A DNA stretch of 64,000 bases from positions 32,001 to 96,000 of IMG/VR virus record IMGVR_UViG_2558860984_000001; one strand, given 5' to 3'. Source of the stretch: a virus. Taxonomy: Duplodnaviria; Caudoviricetes. The notes below the pieces were generated by a model. The model did no database searches. It was not told where the DNA came from and was given only the letters and a program-made list of their open reading frames with translations. This document shows, piece by piece, positions 19,549-28,075 of this stretch; position 1 is the first letter of the stretch, and each line of letters opens with the position of its first letter. A program made the position numbers and the translations under genes.

Positions 19549-19997
19549 ACGCGACCGGACACGCCCGGGCATGTCCCGGGGCGTGTCCGGGCGTCGCCGG
19601 ACCCGAGCGGCACGACGGCGAGAAGCCGTACACGTTCGTGGTGAACGAGTGCAGCACCGAGAAGGCGTGGGCCGCGGTACTCGCGTGGTTCATGGTCGAT
19701 ATGGAGACCGTCGATGCGCACGTGGTCGCCGGCGACTCCTGCGAGGGTGTCCCCGAGCCTGAGTGCGGCTACTTCTGGATCGACTTGCGGGCGGAGTTCG
19801 AGCGGCGGAAAGCCTTCGAAGATTCGGCCAGCCAGGCGGCGGAGGCGGTCGAATCGCTACGCGCACAAACCGAGCACATGGTGCGCGACGGTGATGTGCT
19901 CCCCAGCCACCAGACCGCATACGACACGGCGTTGGGTGATGCCGCGTACGCCGCGTGGCCGCTGGTGGTGTCGATGGCCGAGAACGCCGACCGGTGA
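19545..19997 (+). CDS. hypothetical protein
   Basis: ATGA overlap; GC3 bias. Confidence 0.65.
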   Translation: MNATGHARACPGACPGVAGPERHDGEKPYTFVVNECSTEKAWAAVLAWFMVDMETVDAHVVAGDSCEGVPEPECGYFWIDLRAEFERRKAFEDSASQAAEAVESLRAQTEHMVRDGDVLPSHQTAYDTALGDAAYAAWPLVVSMAENADR

Positions 19998-20052
19998 TCA
20001 GCGACAACGGCGGGACGTGCCCCGCACGGCAACGTGCGGGGCTGCCGTGCAT

Positions 20053-20340
20053 TCAGGCGCCGGGCTTGACCGTGCGGCGAGGGCCGCGCTGCCGTGAGTG
20101 GCCCTGGATGATGTCGCTGACCCGCTGGGGCTTGCAGTTGAGGTGCTCGGCGATCTCGTCGCGGCTGTGCGTGGCGCGCAGTTCGGCGACGACGCGGCTC
20201 CGGTGGGTCTTCAGCCAGCGCTGCAGGTCGGGGATCGCCTCCAGCGCCCGGGTCAGAGAGGCGGCCTGGGAGAGCGTCGGTTCGCCCTCGACCAGGCGGG
20301 CGATGTCGGCGAACTGCTGGGGAGGCTTGTCGTGATCCAT
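20053..20340 (-). CDS. small HTH regulator
   Basis: SRDEIAEHLNCKPQRVSDII HTH; near-palindrome TAGTGGGTCCCCAATA 10 bp upstream. Confidence 0.75.
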   Translation of the reverse strand: MDHDKPPQQFADIARLVEGEPTLSQAASLTRALEAIPDLQRWLKTHRSRVVAELRATHSRDEIAEHLNCKPQRVSDIIQGHSRQRGPRRTVKPGA

Positions 20341-20434
20341 AAACCCAGGGTAGTGGGTCCCCAATAGCCTTGACGATCAGCATCTGAGTCGTGTTTTCGC
20401 AGGTCAATGGACCGATATTCCGTCGCGATCCAGG

Positions 20435-20469
20435 TTCCAAAATGTAGTTTCCAAAGTCGATTTATGGAA
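20435..20469 (+). promoter_or_regulatory. TTCCAAA-box promoter/operator, copy 3
   Basis: TTCCAAA-N7-TTCCAAA-N7-TATGGAA. Confidence 0.6.
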
Positions 20470-20511
20470 TGATTTAAGTAGTTCAACCAAACCACCCTGA
20501 AAGGACACGAG

Positions 20512-20778
20512 ATGGACGCCGTGATAGCTGAAGTGCTCACCAAGGCCGGAACGGCGACCAACTGGACGCAAACCAACCTCGGCGCGATCACCGAGGTCAG
20601 CCACGGCGGCTACACCTGGACGGTGAACCTGCCGCCCGACACGGGCGAGGTCCCCCCCAAGGCGCGTGTCACCGGCCGGCTCGGCTACGGCGGCACCGAA
20701 CACCTGGACGTGGAAGCCACCTACGGCCAGACGATCGCCATCGTCGACTCCGTCATGGCGTCCCGGCGCCTGCACTGA
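20512..20778 (+). CDS. hypothetical protein
   Basis: AAAGGA RBS downstream of an AT-rich promoter. Confidence 0.75.
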   Translation: MDAVIAEVLTKAGTATNWTQTNLGAITEVSHGGYTWTVNLPPDTGEVPPKARVTGRLGYGGTEHLDVEATYGQTIAIVDSVMASRRLH

Positions 20779-20811
20779 CCTCCCCGCCCCTATCTCCTGG
20801 AAGGAATCCAC

Positions 20812-21480
20812 ATGGACGCCGCAACCGCCCTCAAGCACCTCACCTACTACGCCGAGATCCGCATCGAGGCCGACGAGAAGGCGCGCACCGCGCTGGCCGC
20901 CGCGCTCGCGAACACGCCTGCCACCGAACTGACTACTCAGATCGAACGCGCACTCAGGTCATCCGCGATCGCGAAGCCCTGGCGCCAGCTCATGCAGGCC
21001 GTGGAGCGCTACGGCGTGCGCGAGGGCCTGCTTAGGCAGCAAGGCGAGGCGCTGAACGCCCTGCTCTCCTACGGGATGGGCATGAGCACCTGCATGGTCG
21101 CCAACGCCGCGCGCCTGGCCGAGGAGGACGGACTGCGGCGCTTCCTCGGCCAGATCGACACGATCGAGATCGCTGAGGACGACGCCCCGGCCCCTGAGCC
21201 CGAGCCCACTCCTAAGCCGACCATGACCAGGGCCGCCAAGGCGACCCCGGCGCAGAAGCGGACCCTCACCGCTATCAAGGAAGCCGGTGTCGTCCTCAGT
21301 GAGCGCAGCGCCAGCGAGGGTCCGCGCGTGACGGTCAACTTGGGCCACGTGGCTCCGCGCCGGGACATGGTGGAGGCGGTCATCACCAAAGGCTGGGCGG
21401 CCCGTGACACCTCGACCTCACTGTTCAACGGGCAGGCCGTGACCCTCACCGCGGCCGGCGAGGCGATCCTCACGAGCTGA
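20812..21480 (+). CDS. hypothetical protein, C-terminal wHTH-like region
   Basis: GAAGGA RBS; TPAQKRTL...VTLTAAGEAIL end. Confidence 0.7.
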   Translation: MDAATALKHLTYYAEIRIEADEKARTALAAALANTPATELTTQIERALRSSAIAKPWRQLMQAVERYGVREGLLRQQGEALNALLSYGMGMSTCMVANAARLAEEDGLRRFLGQIDTIEIAEDDAPAPEPEPTPKPTMTRAAKATPAQKRTLTAIKEAGVVLSERSASEGPRVTVNLGHVAPRRDMVEAVITKGWAARDTSTSLFNGQAVTLTAAGEAILTS

Positions 21481-21545
21481 CCGGCAGCACGCCGGGAGGG
21501 GGCATCGGCCCTCTCAACCCCCCCACACCCCAAGGAGGTCCCCCC

Positions 21546-21995
21546 ATGCCCCACCGGCAGCTCACCCCCGACCAGGCCCAGCAGCTCGGCGAGGCCACCG
21601 GCAAGATCGCCGCACTCGCGGCGAAGGCCCTCCACCACACGTGGCCGCACCTGGACTTGGAGGCCCTCGTCGCGCTGTTCACCCGGGACAGCGCCCTGGA
21701 GATGATCGCCGCCACCTACCTCGCCGGGATTGACCGTGGCCGCACGCCGGGCGAAGCGGCCGGCGACGCAGGCACCGCCCTGATCCGCGTATGGGCGGAT
21801 GCGCGGCTGGCCGCCCGCGCCCAGCTCGACGCGCAGCGCGCGGACGACCCGGCCGCCGAACCGCGCGTCGTCTGCGGCTGCGGCATCTCCGTCCACGACA
21901 ACGACGACGCGCGCCAAGGGCACGCGGATTACTGGCACTCCGAGGCGATCCCCGCCGTGTGGGGACCGCCGGTGATCCCCGGTCGGGCCGTCTGA
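21546..21995 (+). CDS. hypothetical protein
   Basis: AAGGAGG RBS; CGCG...H..H at C-terminus. Confidence 0.7.
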   Translation: MPHRQLTPDQAQQLGEATGKIAALAAKALHHTWPHLDLEALVALFTRDSALEMIAATYLAGIDRGRTPGEAAGDAGTALIRVWADARLAARAQLDAQRADDPAAEPRVVCGCGISVHDNDDARQGHADYWHSEAIPAVWGPPVIPGRAV

Positions 21996-22032
21996 CCGGC
22001 GGCCCGCCATCCAATAGAGAGGAGGTCGCCGC

Positions 22033-23460
22033 ATGGCGACCATCACGATCACGCACAGCCGAGCCGAGGGAACCCTGATCGAGGGCTCCGTGAAGGGAGA
22101 CGGCGTCTGGGAGGTCGTCCGGCAGCACCGGTTCCGCTCGTCCCGCATGGTCGGCCTTTACCTGCCGCACTCCCGCGACCGCGAGGCCGACACGTGGCGG
22201 ATCAACAGGGCGAAGGCCGCGCTGGAGGCGGCCGGGCACGCCGTGACCGTCGAGATCGACGAGGAGACGCGGAGGACCTTCGCCGAGGCCGAAGCCGGCC
22301 GCGTCGAGCGCGCCGAGGGCCGCGCCGAGCGGTTCAGCGGCTACGCCGACAACGCGGCCCGGTCCTCGGACGCCCGCCGCAAGAAGGCCGACGACATCTC
22401 AAGGCGCTTCGAGTTCGGGCAGCCGATCCTGGTGGGGCACCACAGTGAGAGGCGTGCCCGCAGGGATCAGGAGCGCATCCACGACAACATGCACCGGTCG
22501 TTCGAGGACGCGGACCGTGCCGGGCACTTCCAGAACCGGGTGGACGCGGCCGAGCGGTACGAGGAGCACCGCAACAACCCGTACCGGACGATGCGGCGCC
22601 TGGAGAAGCTGCGCGCCGAACTGCGGGCCGAGCAGCGCCGCCACGGCTGCGCCGACGGCACGGAGCACCCGGTGTCCGACCGGCATGCGCGGGCGGTCCG
22701 TGACCTGACGGAGGAGATCGAGTATTGGGAGGAGCTGATCGCCAAGGTCGAAGCGGACGGCGTGAAGATCTGGCGGCCCGACGACTTCGCCCCCGGGGAC
22801 TTCGCGCTGCTCCGCGGTGACTGGTACCAGGTGGCCCGGGTCAACCCCAAGACGCTGTCGATCGCGTGGAACCTGCGGCTGGTGCCGACGCCGGTGATGA
22901 CGCTGGAGGACGCCACGGATGAGGACGGGCGGGTCGGGACGCATACCGCCGACTACAGCAACGTACGCGCACGCTGCCCCGAGGAGGCGATGCGCACCTT
23001 CCTCGCCGACGGCAAGGTGCCCGGCACCCGGTCGGCCAGCGCGGCGTCGGCGGCGGCCCCGGCAGAGGACATCCGCCGGGAGCAGGCCGAGGCGAAGAAG
23101 GCCAGGCCGAAGGCGAAGAAGAAGCGCAGCGACCCGAGGATCCCGAAGCGTCTGCAGGTGAGGTGCAAGGTCGGCGACGGTGAGGCCACGCTGACGTGGC
23201 TGAACGGCAACAGCCAGCCGCACCCCGACCACGAGCCGGAGACACTCACCGCCCCCGAGGGGGAGAAGTACCGCCGGGCAACGTGGTCGCGGAACCTGCG
23301 GGCGCAGGTGGACGAGCTGCTGGCCGAGCGTGGGTACGTACGCACCGGAGAGTTCATGCCCCGCCGAGACGGGACCGGGGTCGCCACGATCGAGCCGGCC
23401 CCGGCCAAGGACGAGGAGCCGAAGCAGGAGGAGCTGGTGTGGTCCTCCGACGCCGAGTAG
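22033..23460 (+). CDS. DUF3560 domain protein
   Basis: FGQPILVGHHSERRARRDQERI signature; GAGGAGG RBS. Confidence 0.9.
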   Translation: MATITITHSRAEGTLIEGSVKGDGVWEVVRQHRFRSSRMVGLYLPHSRDREADTWRINRAKAALEAAGHAVTVEIDEETRRTFAEAEAGRVERAEGRAERFSGYADNAARSSDARRKKADDISRRFEFGQPILVGHHSERRARRDQERIHDNMHRSFEDADRAGHFQNRVDAAERYEEHRNNPYRTMRRLEKLRAELRAEQRRHGCADGTEHPVSDRHARAVRDLTEEIEYWEELIAKVEADGVKIWRPDDFAPGDFALLRGDWYQVARVNPKTLSIAWNLRLVPTPVMTLEDATDEDGRVGTHTADYSNVRARCPEEAMRTFLADGKVPGTRSASAASAAAPAEDIRREQAEAKKARPKAKKKRSDPRIPKRLQVRCKVGDGEATLTWLNGNSQPHPDHEPETLTAPEGEKYRRATWSRNLRAQVDELLAERGYVRTGEFMPRRDGTGVATIEPAPAKDEEPKQEELVWSSDAE

Positions 23461-23513
23461 GCATCTGACCTGCGAAAATACGTGGATTTTCGCGGATCAC
23501 CAACTGTACGGGG

Positions 23514-23529
23514 TATTGGGTACCCAATA
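23514..23529. promoter_or_regulatory. 16-bp palindrome TATTGGGTACCCAATA overlapping TAGTAT -10
   Basis: Perfect palindrome; identical copy at 25729-25744. Confidence 0.75.
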
Positions 23530-23619
23530 GTATTGATCTTGTTCACCTCCTCCCAACACCGGCTGGGAGGAGGCGGGACTCGCGACCCAACCGCTCCTCA
23601 AGCCCGAGAGGAACAGACG

Positions 23620-24795
23620 ATGACCACCAAGACCGACACCCCGAAGAAGCCCGCAAGGCGCAAGGCGCCCACGAAGAAGACCGCGAGCGCTACCGCTCCG
23701 GCCCGAGCCCAGAAGGACCCTGAGCCGGCGGAGGTCAGCAAGCGCCGCGAGGTGGTCGCCGAGGAGGCAGCGAAGGCGGCCGAGCAGGTGCGCACCGTGC
23801 TGAAGCGCGTCCCGGTCGACCGGATCGACCGCGACCCGAACCAACCGCGCGAGCACTTCGACGAGGCCAAGCTGAACGAGCTGGCCGGCTCCCTGCGCCG
23901 GATCGGTCAGCAGCAGCCGATCAGCGTTCGGTACCACCGGGGCACGCGCCGGTACACGCTCATCATGGGCGAGCGCCGCTGGCGGGCGGCGAAGATCGCC
24001 GGTCTGACCGAGCTGGACGCCGTCGTGCAGCACGGCATCAACGACGGCGACCGCTCGACGCTGATGCGGGCCGTCGCCGAGAACGTCGGCCGCGCCGACA
24101 TGACCGCCATGGAAGAGGCCAAGGCGTTCCAGCGGCTCATCACTGACGACGGCTACACGCTCGACGAGGTCGCCGAGGGTGTCGGCCGCTCGGCCGCGTA
24201 CGTCAAGTGGCGGATCGACCTGCTGGACCTGTGCCCGACCGCCCAGGAGGCCATGAGCAAGGGCCACCTGCCGCCTGCGCTGGCCTGGTACGTGGCCAAG
24301 CTGTCGACCCACAACCAGAACCGGTTCCTCGCGAAGTACCTCGGCGGGGCGTTCCCCACCACGCGCGACGCCGAGGCATTCGTCAACGCGTGCCGGACCG
24401 AGGAGGAGCGGCGACAGTCGCAGGGCAGCTTCTTCGTCCTCGCGGATGAGGCGGAGAAGCCCGCGGCGCGGTCTGGTTCGCAGGACGCGCTTCCGGGCGC
24501 GCACGACCTGCCGGAGGAGGAGCGCGAGCGGATCACCGCGGACCGTACGCGGCTCATCAAGCGCGTCGAGAAGCTGCACACGGCCGGGGAGATCCTGTCG
24601 GAGCTGGTTGCCGCGGACCCCGACGAGCTGGCCGTGCTCCTCGCGGGCGCCGCCGGCGGCGTCGCCGGTTACCAGCAGCGCATCGAGCACCTGCGGGACC
24701 TGACGACCAAGGCGATCAAGAACCTGCGGGACGCGAAGGCCATCGCCGCCGTCCGCGCGGACGGCATCGAGATCAACCCCGACGCCGCGGCCTGA
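23620..24795 (+). CDS. ParB/RepB/Spo0J family protein
   Basis: DPNQPREHF, GQQQPI, GERRWRAA, ENVGR, and HTH (TLDEVAEGVGRSAAYV). Confidence 0.92.
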   Translation: MTTKTDTPKKPARRKAPTKKTASATAPARAQKDPEPAEVSKRREVVAEEAAKAAEQVRTVLKRVPVDRIDRDPNQPREHFDEAKLNELAGSLRRIGQQQPISVRYHRGTRRYTLIMGERRWRAAKIAGLTELDAVVQHGINDGDRSTLMRAVAENVGRADMTAMEEAKAFQRLITDDGYTLDEVAEGVGRSAAYVKWRIDLLDLCPTAQEAMSKGHLPPALAWYVAKLSTHNQNRFLAKYLGGAFPTTRDAEAFVNACRTEEERRQSQGSFFVLADEAEKPAARSGSQDALPGAHDLPEEERERITADRTRLIKRVEKLHTAGEILSELVAADPDELAVLLAGAAGGVAGYQQRIEHLRDLTTKAIKNLRDAKAIAAVRADGIEINPDAAA

Positions 24796-24861
24796 CGCTC
24801 TGCCGGCCGGGGCGGCTCGACATCGCCCCGGCCCGACCCGCTCTCTGCACCTGGAGGTGCC

Positions 24862-25692
24862 ATGCAGTTCCCGCCCGACGTGCTGCGCGTGCTCACCGAC
24901 CCGCGCACGATCATCCGAGACGACAAGGTCGCTGTGCCGTTCGAGATCGACCGGCCGGTGTACGAGCAGATGAACAAGGTGCTGAAGGAGATGGGCGGCG
25001 CCTGGGACGGCCGGAAAGCCGTACGCGCGCACGTCTTCCCGTACCGCATTGAGGAGTTCATGCGGCAGTGCCTCGCGGCCGGCGAGTACCCGACCCGAAC
25101 CGAGCAGGGCTGGTTCCCGACCCCGCCGAGCCTGGTCATGCAGGTCTGCGACCTGGCAGGGATCTCCGCCGGTATGACCGTGCTGGAGCCCTCGGCCGGG
25201 GCGGGAGCGCTGACCGCCGAGATCGCCCGGCGCGGCGCGGTGGTGGACGCTGTCGAGCTGGACGAGCGGCGTGCGGAGGTCCTGCGCTCCCAGAATGACG
25301 CGCGGACCGTGACGCGCGCCAACTTCCTCGACCTGGACCCGCTGGACCTCGCCGAGCCGTACGACCGGATCGTGATGAACCCGCCGTTCTCCGGAGGGCT
25401 CGACCACATCCGGCACGCGGTGGGATTCATGGCCGACGACGGGATTCTCGTCTCGGTCATGTCCAACGGACTGATGTGGTGGAGCGACAGGGAGACCGTT
25501 GCGTTCCGTGAGCTGGTCGACGAGGTCGGCGGCGATATCCAGCCCTTGCCGGACGACACGTTCGCGGTGTGCGGGAAGGAGGGGGTTCGTACGTGCCTGC
25601 TGTTCCTGCCGGGCTACGCGGGCAGCCGCCTACCGACGTACGACTGGCTGATGCGGCAGCCGCGGCAGCTCGACCTGTTCGGCGCCGCGTGA
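24862..25692 (+). CDS. SAM-dependent N6-adenine DNA methyltransferase-like protein
   Basis: WFPTP, VLEPSAGAG (motif I), IVMNPPF (motif IV); C-terminal QLDLF. Confidence 0.85.
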   Translation: MQFPPDVLRVLTDPRTIIRDDKVAVPFEIDRPVYEQMNKVLKEMGGAWDGRKAVRAHVFPYRIEEFMRQCLAAGEYPTRTEQGWFPTPPSLVMQVCDLAGISAGMTVLEPSAGAGALTAEIARRGAVVDAVELDERRAEVLRSQNDARTVTRANFLDLDPLDLAEPYDRIVMNPPFSGGLDHIRHAVGFMADDGILVSVMSNGLMWWSDRETVAFRELVDEVGGDIQPLPDDTFAVCGKEGVRTCLLFLPGYAGSRLPTYDWLMRQPRQLDLFGAA

Positions 25693-25728
25693 TTGCCGGA
25701 ACTTCAGGGGCTGTTCCGCTGATCGACA

Positions 25729-25744
25729 TATTGGGTACCCAATA
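25729..25744. promoter_or_regulatory. 16-bp palindrome TATTGGGTACCCAATA overlapping TAGAAT -10
   Basis: Identical to 23514-23529; both followed by G(T/A)ATTGATC. Confidence 0.75.
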
Positions 25745-25818
25745 GAATTGATCGCGGAATATGGCTACACCCCCGGCCCGCCCGGGCCGGGGGAGCGCAA
25801 CGAGAAGGCGAGAGCAGC

Positions 25819-26247
25819 GTGATCCAACAGATCAAGTTGGCGACCTGCACGTATCAGGAATTCACCCCCACCATGGGCACCCCCGTGCGCACCACCGCGG
25901 GTCACCCGCGATTCCCCCTCACCTACCAGCTCGGCGGCATCGCGCGCTCCGTGACGCCCACACGGGATCTGCTGAAGATCGAAGCCGAGGACGCGTACGA
26001 GTGGGCGTACCGGCGGCTGCTGGCCGCGCGGGGACTCGACACGATCCGCGAGGAACTGACGGCCATCGCCGGAGTGAACGACCTCGACAGTCCGCTGGTC
26101 CTGCTGTGCTTCGACAAGCTCAGCAAGCCCGGCAACTGGTGCCACCGCACCATGTTCGCCCGCTGGTGGACCGAGGAGACCGGCGAGCCGGTGCCCGAGC
26201 TGGGCGCCTCGCCCGCGCCGAGGTCGGCGCCCCCATCCCTGTTCTGA
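25819..26247 (+). CDS. DUF488-family protein
   Basis: LVLLCFD...WCHR motif. Confidence 0.75.
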   Translation: MIQQIKLATCTYQEFTPTMGTPVRTTAGHPRFPLTYQLGGIARSVTPTRDLLKIEAEDAYEWAYRRLLAARGLDTIREELTAIAGVNDLDSPLVLLCFDKLSKPGNWCHRTMFARWWTEETGEPVPELGASPAPRSAPPSLF

Positions 26248-26325
26248 CGACGACATTCGACCCCCGGGGCGGGCTGGCACGGACAGTGCCAGACCCGCCC
26301 CGACCCATGAGCGAAGGAGGAGACC

Positions 26326-26760
26326 GTGCACCGCGTCATGGTCAGCAACAACGACAAGGACAAGTACCCGGCGTACGTCGACCCGCGAGAGTGGGACGGC
26401 GACGGCTGGGTGAAGCCGTACTTCGACCTGGACACCGTGCGAAAGCTGGCCGCGAACACCCAGTCCGCCGCTGCGGAGTTCGGACATGGCTCGATCGACA
26501 CCGTGCACGTCGTCGACGGCGACGCGAACGGCAACCCGCCCGCCCTGGTCGTTGTCGTGACCTGGATGGACGTCGACTCCAAGGGCATCGACGAGGCCAC
26601 CACGATCGTCGAGCCGATCCGCCACCCCGAGCACGACGGCCAGGACGACGACGAAGACGACGGCGAACGGCTCTGGCCGGTCGGCGGCTTCCGCTGGCGC
26701 TGGTACGCGATCGCCCCCGACGGCATCCACCCGCAGATCCCGTACGAGCCCGAGCAGTAG
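26326..26760 (+). CDS. hypothetical protein (paralogue of the N-terminus of the next gene)
   Basis: AAGGAGGAG RBS; YPAYVDP..W.GDGWVKPYF...GGFRWRWY. Confidence 0.8.
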   Translation: MHRVMVSNNDKDKYPAYVDPREWDGDGWVKPYFDLDTVRKLAANTQSAAAEFGHGSIDTVHVVDGDANGNPPALVVVVTWMDVDSKGIDEATTIVEPIRHPEHDGQDDDEDDGERLWPVGGFRWRWYAIAPDGIHPQIPYEPEQ

Positions 26761-26774
26761 CAGCCGGGCCACCA

Positions 26775-26811
26775 CCGGGCGGGCGCGGGCCGGGAATCCC
26801 CGCCCGCCCGG
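26775..26811 (+). repeat. 37-bp hairpin repeat, copy 1
   Basis: CCGGGCGGGCGCGGGCCGGGAATCCCCGCCCGCCCGG, identical to 27996-28032. Confidence 0.85.
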
Positions 26812-26846
26812 CAGCAGCGACAAACCTCACCCCAAGGAGAACAGCG

Positions 26847-27929
26847 ATGGCTGTGATCGACACCTACGTGTGCGTGGACGACGTGCACCTTTACCCGGCC
26901 CTGGTGGACCCCACCGATCGGTGGAACGGCTGGGTCAACCCCGGCTTCACCATCGACGCTGCGCGCCAACTCGCCGCGCACACCGAAGAGATGGCCGAGA
27001 AGTACGGCCGCGACTGCACCGACCAGATCCACGTCATCGAGGGCGGCCCCGTCCCCGTCGTGCTGCACATCCGGTGGATGTACCTCGCCGACGAGCCCGC
27101 TACCGCCGCGAACGTCATCAAGCCCGATGAGGACGGCCTGTACTGGATCGGCGGCTACGAGTGGACCTGGTACATCGTCGAGGAGGGCCCGACGCTGTTC
27201 CACAGTAAGAACACCGCCTTCAACGCCTGGCGCGAGATGCTCGACGCCACCGCCCGCCGCATCGGCGAAGTCGTGCGCACCCAGATGCCCGACGCGCTCG
27301 CCGCGCTCGTCGACCTCCACGGCCCCGGACACATCCGGGCCATCGCCGCCTCCGCGAGCGGAACCGGCTGGCCGACCTACGACGAGCATGACGGCCAGGA
27401 CGGCTGCGGACCGTTCGACAGCGAGACGCTGGGCGAAGCCGACGAACTGATGCGCAAGGCCCTCGGCTTCCGCCGCGACCCGATCATGCTGGAAATGGGC
27501 GGCTGGCGCCGCGCCCGCGACATCGCCCCGGGCATGCACCGCATCGTGTTCGCGCCGCAGGATGCCGAACCGGCCGGCGACGGCCCGCTGGAGGAAGCCC
27601 GCGAGCGGTTCACCGAAGCCCGGCGGCAGCTCATGACCGACTGCGTGCCGAGTCTCGCCGCCACCTGCCGCGAGGCAGTTCCCGACGCAACCGGTGTCGT
27701 CGCCTCGCTCACCGACCCCGTTCGGCTGCTGTGGTTCGCGACTGCCGACGAGGGAGTTCGGACGTGGGCCATCAGCATCCCCGCCGACAAGACGCAGGCC
27801 GTCATCGACCGGCTGATGGACATCTTCGCGTACGGGCCGACCGCTGAAGACCTGGTCGCGTGCGGCTGGAAGCCGGTCAGCGGCGAAGAGGACATCGACG
27901 CGCACCTGCTGGTGCTCCCCTCCGCGTAA
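26847..27929 (+). CDS. hypothetical protein
   Basis: AAGGAG RBS; YPALVDP...WNGWVNPGF...GGYEWTWY then two related C-terminal segments. Confidence 0.8.
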   Translation: MAVIDTYVCVDDVHLYPALVDPTDRWNGWVNPGFTIDAARQLAAHTEEMAEKYGRDCTDQIHVIEGGPVPVVLHIRWMYLADEPATAANVIKPDEDGLYWIGGYEWTWYIVEEGPTLFHSKNTAFNAWREMLDATARRIGEVVRTQMPDALAALVDLHGPGHIRAIAASASGTGWPTYDEHDGQDGCGPFDSETLGEADELMRKALGFRRDPIMLEMGGWRRARDIAPGMHRIVFAPQDAEPAGDGPLEEARERFTEARRQLMTDCVPSLAATCREAVPDATGVVASLTDPVRLLWFATADEGVRTWAISIPADKTQAVIDRLMDIFAYGPTAEDLVACGWKPVSGEEDIDAHLLVLPSA

Positions 27930-27995
27930 CCGCCTGTCTGCCCTCACCGGGGCGGCCTTCGTGCCGCCCCGGCCTTACCCCTGCCTTGCCACATC

Positions 27996-28032
27996 CCGGG
28001 CGGGCGCGGGCCGGGAATCCCCGCCCGCCCGG
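27996..28032 (+). repeat. 37-bp hairpin repeat, copy 2
   Basis: Identical to 26775-26811. Confidence 0.85.
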
Positions 28033-28075
28033 ACGCCAGCAGCGATCACCCCTACCCAGGAAGGCCCACACAGGA

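Noticed and set aside
26775-28032. 37-bp identical repeats as a CRISPR array or attL/attR
   Set aside because: Only two exact copies 1.2 kb apart around a normal gene; no spacers, cas genes or integrase.
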